The notes under the pieces are model-generated. The model worked only from the letters and a program-made list of their open reading frames with translations. It ran no database searches and had not been told where the DNA came from. 64,000 nucleotides of DNA from Utricularia gibba. Lineage: Eukaryota; Plantae; Magnoliophyta. The position numbers and the translations under genes are program-made. The stretch covers positions 992,001 to 1,056,000 of the forward strand of contig CM007992.1 in NCBI GenBank assembly GCA_002189035.1, read 5' to 3'. This document shows, in pieces, positions 56,994 to 64,000 of this stretch (position 1 is the first letter of the stretch; each line of letters starts with the position of its first letter).

Positions 56994-58445
56994 TTACCGG
57001 CAGCCGCCGTCGGCGAAACCAATTCTCGAGCTGGCGATGTCATAGACGATGTCGAAGGTCTGCTGTTGCTGGTTTCCGATGATGGTGACATCATCAGAAT
57101 TCGCGTTGCCTGCGAAAGACAAACAAGTGGTTCCTGTTTTCACTTCGTAGATGATGTTTCGTGGAGACAGATTCAGATCTGCGCCTCCGTCGAAGATGAT
57201 CTGGACCGGAGGAACCACTGCAGAAATCTCCTCGAATGTTCCACTGAAACAAGCGTCCAGAATCGAGATCGCGCCGGTGGAATGGAATTTCGTGGAGATG
57301 ATCTCGACGAGCGCTGCTCTAAGAGCGGAGTAAACGGTTGGTGGGAGGCGAGTTATGACGGTGCCTGAATCGATGATTGTGCGGCCATTGTACGCGTTTC
57401 CGACTGCTAGAGGCTTACCGGAAACCGTAATCGCCGATATTCGGAGTAAGTACAGCGTCGTGTCTTTCGAATCGGTTATCATTGGGGTGAATTTGTAGTC
57501 CCGGCCGGAGCCTCCGCCGATTGAGAGAAATCCTCCTACGCCGTTGTCGCTCGTTGGGAGGCAGTAGGAGAAGGCGTAATTGTATCTATTGGAGAGCTGC
57601 GAAACTAGGGATAATTCGTTCTTCGCTAGGCCGAGAAGTCCGGCCGATCGGCCGAACAAGCCCTCGTTATCCTGGCCGCAACCGAAGATGAATCCGGATT
57701 GAGATTCTCCGCCGAACCCGAGCGAATCTTGGCTCAAATACCCAATGGAGTAGCTCCGATCGCCATACGTTGCCGTGTATAGGCAGCCATTGGAGGAAGT
57801 GCAAACGCCGTTATTGAGAGTGGCTTTTTGGAGAGAAGAACATTGCCCGGAGTCACAGGACATCCGCCGGTATGTGGCGGATGCCGATGGATCGAAAACC
57901 GCTCCCGCCTGATCGTGACAGTAGATAGCACAGGGTTGGCATTGGATCCATGAGAAGGAGCTTCCTGTGTCGACAACAACCAGATGATAACTAGCCGGAG
58001 TTCCAATCCCGATCTTGGTGTAATAATTCCCAACTCCGATACTGCTACCGGGGTTCACTGGAGCCCCAACCGACTCCAATTTGGTTTCACTTCCTGTTCC
58101 TGAAGTATTAATGCTGTGGCCTCCAGAAAGCCTGAAGTTGAGGAACTTCACCCGGGCTTGATCATGGTCAAAAACAGCTTCCAATGACTCCTCCTGCGGC
58201 CTCTCTCCCCTGGGATGATACAAAGGCAGGTCCAAAGTTGTTGCTGATGATGCCCTGAAACCGGATCCATCTGAAACAGAGAGTCATGAAAAAAAAAAAG
58301 GTGAGTATCAAGATTAAGCTGTATGAAGATGAAATGACATTATGAGCATGCCAAATCTATGATTCCTGGTCGCATGAGCAGTGCATTCCAAAAGTAAAAT
58401 GGCTGCAAATGCAGTGCAGCAGACGAAGCACATGATCTTCCTCAT
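56994..58445 (-). CDS. Secreted A1-family (nepenthesin/AED1-type) aspartic protease, about 456 aa
   Basis: Exon 2 58270-56994 has both catalytic motifs (VVDTGS, IIDSGT), GNYYTKIGIG, FGCGQDNEGLF, FSYCLP and IIGNQQQQ..YD. Exon 1 58445-58352 encodes the signal peptide and joins in phase only through a GC donor. Confidence 0.9.
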
Positions 58446-59865
58446 TCTTCTGCTACAACAGCTTATTGAGTGTTAGTTGGTATTGGTACCACAACCCTGT
58501 AGGAGATTAAATTCGAGGGGAGGCGTTGGCTTTTAGCAGTTGATGAAGCTAATTGAATGATGAATACACACTTCTCGTGGTGGTTGCCATGGAGAGAGCT
58601 GGATGGGACAGCACTGAGGTGGTTACAGTGACCCCATATGTCCCCCTTTTTTTCTCCAAGCTTGAATGCAGATGCACATAGCCGCTTACGCAAGTTGTTT
58701 GTTTTTATCTGAACACTTCCACTAGCTCTTCGCAGGCTCCTTAACCCCAATGGAAGAAGGCGGATCAAGTTGCTGATGCCCAAACAAACAAAGCAGCACA
58801 CTTGGAGAAGCAGTTGTGGTTTGCTGTTATTTGGTAATCAGCATTAATGTATTCTTTCAATGAAATCTGTTCATGTGTTTCATTAGCTTTAAATTAAAAA
58901 TATAATATGATTCTTAATTTTCCAGGACATTCAACCTTCGTACACCGTACATCCGTTCCAGGAATTTGGAACATTGTTACACGGTTTGTACAAACACACC
59001 ACGCCAAAGCAAGATAATTACAATAAAAAAAAAAAAAAACACACACACACACACACATCACATCATCACCATCTCAAAGCAACTGTGTTCGGGTTTGGTT
59101 GGTTGTATTTAATATTTTAATAGGGATATTAAATGATATATACATATATAAATGAAATGAAACATATTTAATTGATGAAGTATATGAATAATTTTATTTT
59201 TTATTAATAAAATAAGTATAACATAAAAAGTGAAAAAATTGGTATATATTTGATTAGATTCACAATTATTTATACGATATTATTTGTTTCATATATTCAA
59301 TTTTTATAATTTTCAGGATTTTTTAGATAATCACTCATTTTGAAATTATCTGAACTAAATATTAAGCTTAAGCTTGGAAATCCTATCAATAAATTTCCAA
59401 TCTATTGATAAAAATATCTCATATAAAATTTGTAAAATTATTCTATTTAATTTTTTCGTTTTCTTTCATATGTAACCTAAATGAGATTCGATTAAGGTGA
59501 TTATAACACCCTTCTTTGGATGGGGGCTTAATATCCAATTCTAACTTTAATTTTTCATAAATTTTATTCTGTTTGTCAAATATTATAACGGTATTTTATT
59601 CTTTGGAATTTTTATATGCTCTACGATGGGGTTTGTAGTTATCGCCAGAGGAGCTGTTTTCTGCAATTCATCGAAAATTCCTTCATGTTTTTTTTTTCTT
59701 TAAAATTTAGGGTGAACGAAATTTTTCATTAATTAATTATGTAGCATGCATAATAATATTTGATTTTAATAATATACTTTTATCTTTGATAAATAGATGA
59801 AGTCAAGATAGCCAGGTTTAGGGCTACAATACGACTCCCTTCGGAAGTAGCCGTGGGGTTTAGGA

Positions 59866-62800
59866 ATGTCGAATCAGTTATACGGTTACGCCGGTGGGGT
59901 TACGGTGGAGGAGGAGCTGGCACTAGCAGTCTCTATTCCTCTCGATCGGCGGAAAACACTGGCGAATCATCATTTCTAGGTATTTCTTCAAGGTACTTGA
60001 GTCTGGACTCTATCACGCCGTCCGCCCTTTCTTCTTCCTTGCTGTATGTTCCGGAGAGCTACTCTGTCAGAATTCCCGGCATCACGACATCCGCGCACTC
60101 GTATGACCTTCCTGAAGTTGATGTTGGCTCCACTATTGCTTCCATCGACTCGCGGTATGCTGGGTGGAAGCGCAATACATCCGAATGTAAGGACCATTTC
60201 TTTTTTTTTTTTTTTGTAGCTTCGATGTTTTCAAATCGTCTCCACCTCTCTCCATTGTATTTGTGAAAACTTGTAGTTTTTGGTCAGTGCCTGCCTATTT
60301 GTTTATTTGTGTTTTGCATCTCTACAATATAAATAGAATTATCCATCATTTGGTAAGTGCGTCGCACTTGAAATCATGCAATTAGTAGTAGTGGATGTCC
60401 CACTAGTGCAGCCATCGAGCTTGTGCAAACATTATAAGGATTATGAATTTCTTAGAGTCCGTATGCTATCCAGGTGGGTAAGCGGATTACTTAGGAGTCA
60501 AAGAATAATATATTTTTTTCTACCTTGATGGTGTTGAGCTCAGCTACCATCGAGAACTTTTGATGATTGACACTGCGTGATGAGTTATACCTTTCTCGAG
60601 TAATGTACCACTGTATATATGTGGGATACTTAATACTTGGGTGTAATTGCGAAATATGTGAATCTGTGTGCTGTATATGTTCTATACAACCTGGAAGCCA
60701 GTAAAATTCTACCTGATTTTCTATATCATGTAAGTATTTACATAGTACTCATATTTTGGATTTCTTGTTTTATTGTCTACGATATATCTAGTAGTCTATG
60801 AACCAACCCCTTTGGGTACCCAAATGAAGATTGGGCAAACTGAAGCCTGGTATTCGACAGACCTTATAGACAAGCGCCCTAGATATGAGAGTACTAGCCA
60901 GTTGCCCATTTATCCTCAGCGGCCTGGAGAGAAAGACTGTGAATTTTATATGCAAACACGAACTTGTAAATTTGGAGATAGCTGCAAGTTTCACCATCCT
61001 ATTTGGGTTCCAGAAGGAGGAGCTCCAAATTGGAAAGAGGTGATGCTTTTCAAGCTTTTCTAGTAGTATTCCTACATTAAGTTCTGAACCTTCCTTGTAT
61101 GCAGGGATCATTATTAGCATTTTTAGGTTCATTTGGTTTTATCTCGATAATATATTACACTGAAAAGTATATACTATTATTTTGCCGCTTTTTCTTATAG
61201 CTTTTATGATATATGATGAGTTGGCCATGAAAGTTACTGTACTCGTCTTTTCTGGGTATGTATATGCATATTCTTTCTTCACGTCCAAAGCAAGAAGAGA
61301 GAATGATTCAGAATGAGGCAAAACATTGTCATTGAGAAGCCTGAAAGCTGGGTTTCGGATTGAATTGATACGGGAATTCAGATTTAAATTACAACTTTGT
61401 TATGGTTTTTTCTTTGAATACTAGGAACATGGGAATGCGTATCATAGTATATATCCAATTCTATCGTTCAGATGATTTCATAATCTTACTGTCTATCCTA
61501 CCCCTCTATATTTTGTCGTGTTTCTCGATTAGGTAAAAGCGACCCTATTGTGGAAGTTTTTTCGTAGCTATTACTACCGATAAGATCTCATTCTATTGGT
61601 TTATGGTTGTATTGTTGTTGATTTTTCCCATCCTATGCTAGTGTCCAAATATCTTGACCGGTTGTTCTTTGTTGGAAATATTCTGTAAGGTATTGTATAT
61701 GTAGATTACTCTGTCTTGAAATGTATGGGCATGTTGAACTGACTGGATAAGAAATCCCTTAGTTTTGCAAGGTTTTCTCTAAAGGAAACTCGTGAATTAA
61801 TGTGCTTCTTGATGGTTGATTTGTCAAATGGTGGTCATGCTCCTCACTTTTTAACTGTACCTGGAACCGATAATCTTGTTCATCTAGCATCTTTTTCAGC
61901 TTGGCGCTTTCATAAGGTGCTCTATTTCTATTTCTGTTATTTTCCTCACATTGATTTTTTATTGTGAAGGTCCCATTTGCGCCTGTTGAATCCCTTCCCG
62001 AGAGACCTGGAGAGCCAGATTGTCCAGTAAGTTGAATCCAAATGCTTTTTGTGAACGTTTCTAGGAGCCAATATCAAAATATGTTTTATTTTCTTGATTG
62101 CAGTACTTTCTAAATACCAAAAGATGCAAGTTCGGTAGCAGGTGCAAATTCAATCATCCTAAGGATTTAGGTGTGCTGCAGGTGAGACTTTGGGATGACA
62201 ATCTCGCATCCCTAAACTATCAATGTTTCACTGGATGATGTGATCCAGTCCTGAAGGCTTATGATTTACTTTCAGGGAGGCCTTGAGGATTGTCCTTCCT
62301 CTTTCTTGCCTGAGAGACCAACTGAACCTCAATGTGCTGTAAGATTCTTTCCAAAAAGATCTCATTTCAACCTGAAATGAATGATTAAGTAGGGTGTGTG
62401 CAATCAGTTCTATATGAAGACTGGGAGTTGTAAATTTGGTGCCACTTGCAAATTTGACCATCCTAAATGCGTGCAACCACAATCGGATGGAGATGAAAGC
62501 GGCACACTCGGGCATTACAAAGTACCTGGAAATACAAAGCCAATTGATCTGTCTGTTTCCCCAGCATTGACTTATAACTCAAAGGGTTTTCCAATCCGAT
62601 TGGTAGGTGTCAATGGTTGGAAAAGTGCTATGTGAGGATTTGAACTTTTGTTCCTTGATATTTCTGATCCCTACTTTCTTGCTTCTGTTGCTCAGGGAGA
62701 AGAAGATTGCCCTTTCTACTTAAAAACTGGCAGGTTTGGTTATCCCCACTATCTTATAATAGTTGTTCCCAAATTCATGATGCACGTATACCTACTAAAG

Positions 62801-63985
62801 TAATTGCTTCCTAATATGTTTTTCTACTAAATCAGTTGCAAGTTTGGGGCTACTTGCCGCTTTAACCATCCAGACAGATATGGTATGTAGGCTGACCGTC
62901 TATACTTTTTTTATGTTCTTTTCCAGTCTGTCATTATTTTCACCAACCATCAATCTACGTGCATCAGCTCTCACACCTGGTCATCTAACTTCACCCTCAA
63001 CGAATTTTAGTATCAATGTTCCAACTGCTTCCTTGTTGTCAAATTTTGATCCCAGGCTGACACAGGCATCGACAAAGTTGGTACTTTTTTCCGTTTCTTA
63101 TCCATACGTTTGGTAGCTAGCTGATCCTCAACTCCCTTCACATGCCACTGAAGGGATTTTTTCTTTAAAGTGCTTATGGTTTCAGTTTTATTATCAATGT
63201 TTGTTTATGCTTGTCTTTTTTAATCTAATTTTTTTTTATTGTAAAAATGGTAGCACCATCTAGGGCCATTTGTTGCATTTATGCAGCGTTATTTTTATGT
63301 GACAAGATTTTTAGAATGATTTCCACTGCATATAATGCTGAGTATCTTTTTTCTTCTTAATCTTTTACAGCTTGGGTTGGTGCCTACGATTTATCCTCAG
63401 CGTCCTGGACAAACTGAATGTGATGTATGTACATTTACACCCTGGACCCCCTTCGATCCTCATTTTTCAGTAGTAAATCTGCTAAAGATAGAGTTTTGCT
63501 ATGCGTGTTCTCAGCCTTGAAACATCTGTTTCCGGCAATTTTACATATTTATGTACTTCCTTGATTTTGGAGTTCTTCACCCATGCGTTTCTTTTTGCAG
63601 TATTACATGAAAACCGGTTCATGCCGATTTGGGGGTAGCTGCAAATTTCACCACCCAATTGACCGATCTGCACGCAGTGTATCCACTACAGCACATCAAA
63701 TGGAAAACGTAAAGCTTACCCTGGCAGGACTTCCAAGACGAGAGGTAGTACTGCCTTAGCATGTGCACTATGGATGGATGCATAGCTTGCTCTACATTTT
63801 TTTGGCCTGGAAGCCAGTCTCTGTGCTCTGATCACCTTTTTATAGGATGCAATACATTGCCCGTTTTACATGAAGACGGGTACGTGCAAATACGGCGCTA
63901 CGTGCAAGTTCGATCACCCGCCCCGGGAGAGTTGGTGGCATTAGCCACATCCAAGAGCAGTGCTCGTGAAGAGATTGATGGTTGA
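59866..63985 (+). CDS. HUA1: HUA1-like six-CCCH zinc-finger RNA-binding protein, 12 exons, about 499 aa after restoring two bases
   Basis: Exons 59866-60186, 60792-61039, 61970-62026, 62104-62181, 62276-62338, 62408-62602, 62696-62733, 62836-62882, 62968-63080, 63371-63424, 63601-63744 and 63846-63985. [31 protein letters not shown] and six C-x8-C-x5-C-x3-H fingers present. -1 shifts at the G4 run 59896-59899 and the C4 run 63921-63924. Confidence 0.9.
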
Positions 63986-64000
63986 GGTGCATGAGTCCAT

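Noticed and set aside
58802-58812. TGGAGAAGCAG, matching the first 11 nt of miR164
   Set aside because: The match stops there and there is no star arm.
60561-60716. TGATGA boxes and a distant CTGA in HUA1 intron 1 (possible C/D snoRNA)
   Set aside because: No terminal stem or recognisable rRNA guide, and the spacing is long.

Overview
Gene-dense plant (eudicot-like) nuclear DNA with AT-rich intergenic spacers and mostly short (about 60-110 nt) introns. The species cannot be determined from the sequence. I could build exon models for 20 protein-coding loci: STM-like KNOX, ENODL-type phytocyanin, IRT1-like ZIP (apparently pseudogenised), BAG5, two tandem XEGIP/EDGP-like paralogs, RUNKEL, RhoGDI, UPL5, OBERON1/2-like, X8-only protein, CASPL2B, single-CRM protein, DTX46/EDS5H MATE, D6PK-family kinase, FPS, PFK2, PHL7, an A1 aspartic protease and HUA1. 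There is also one tRNA-Phe(GAA) and one PIF/Harbinger-type MITE. Family names come from recalled motif and sequence similarity, not database searches. Nine apparent frameshifts are all losses in G/C homopolymer runs and most likely reflect assembly error. The most interesting region is 6.2-15.2 kb. It contains (i) an IRT1-like gene whose TM6/loop segment is replaced by a templated copy of downstream sequence, and (ii) a 3-4 kb tandem duplication of the XEGIP gene with breakpoints inside exons of both neighbours (BAG5 and RUK). The XEGIP paralogs have near-identical 3' flanks but diverged coding regions and altered inhibitory loops, and the BAG5 C-terminal motif survives only in the pseudogene fragment. 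I found no evidence for a wholly new multi-gene system.
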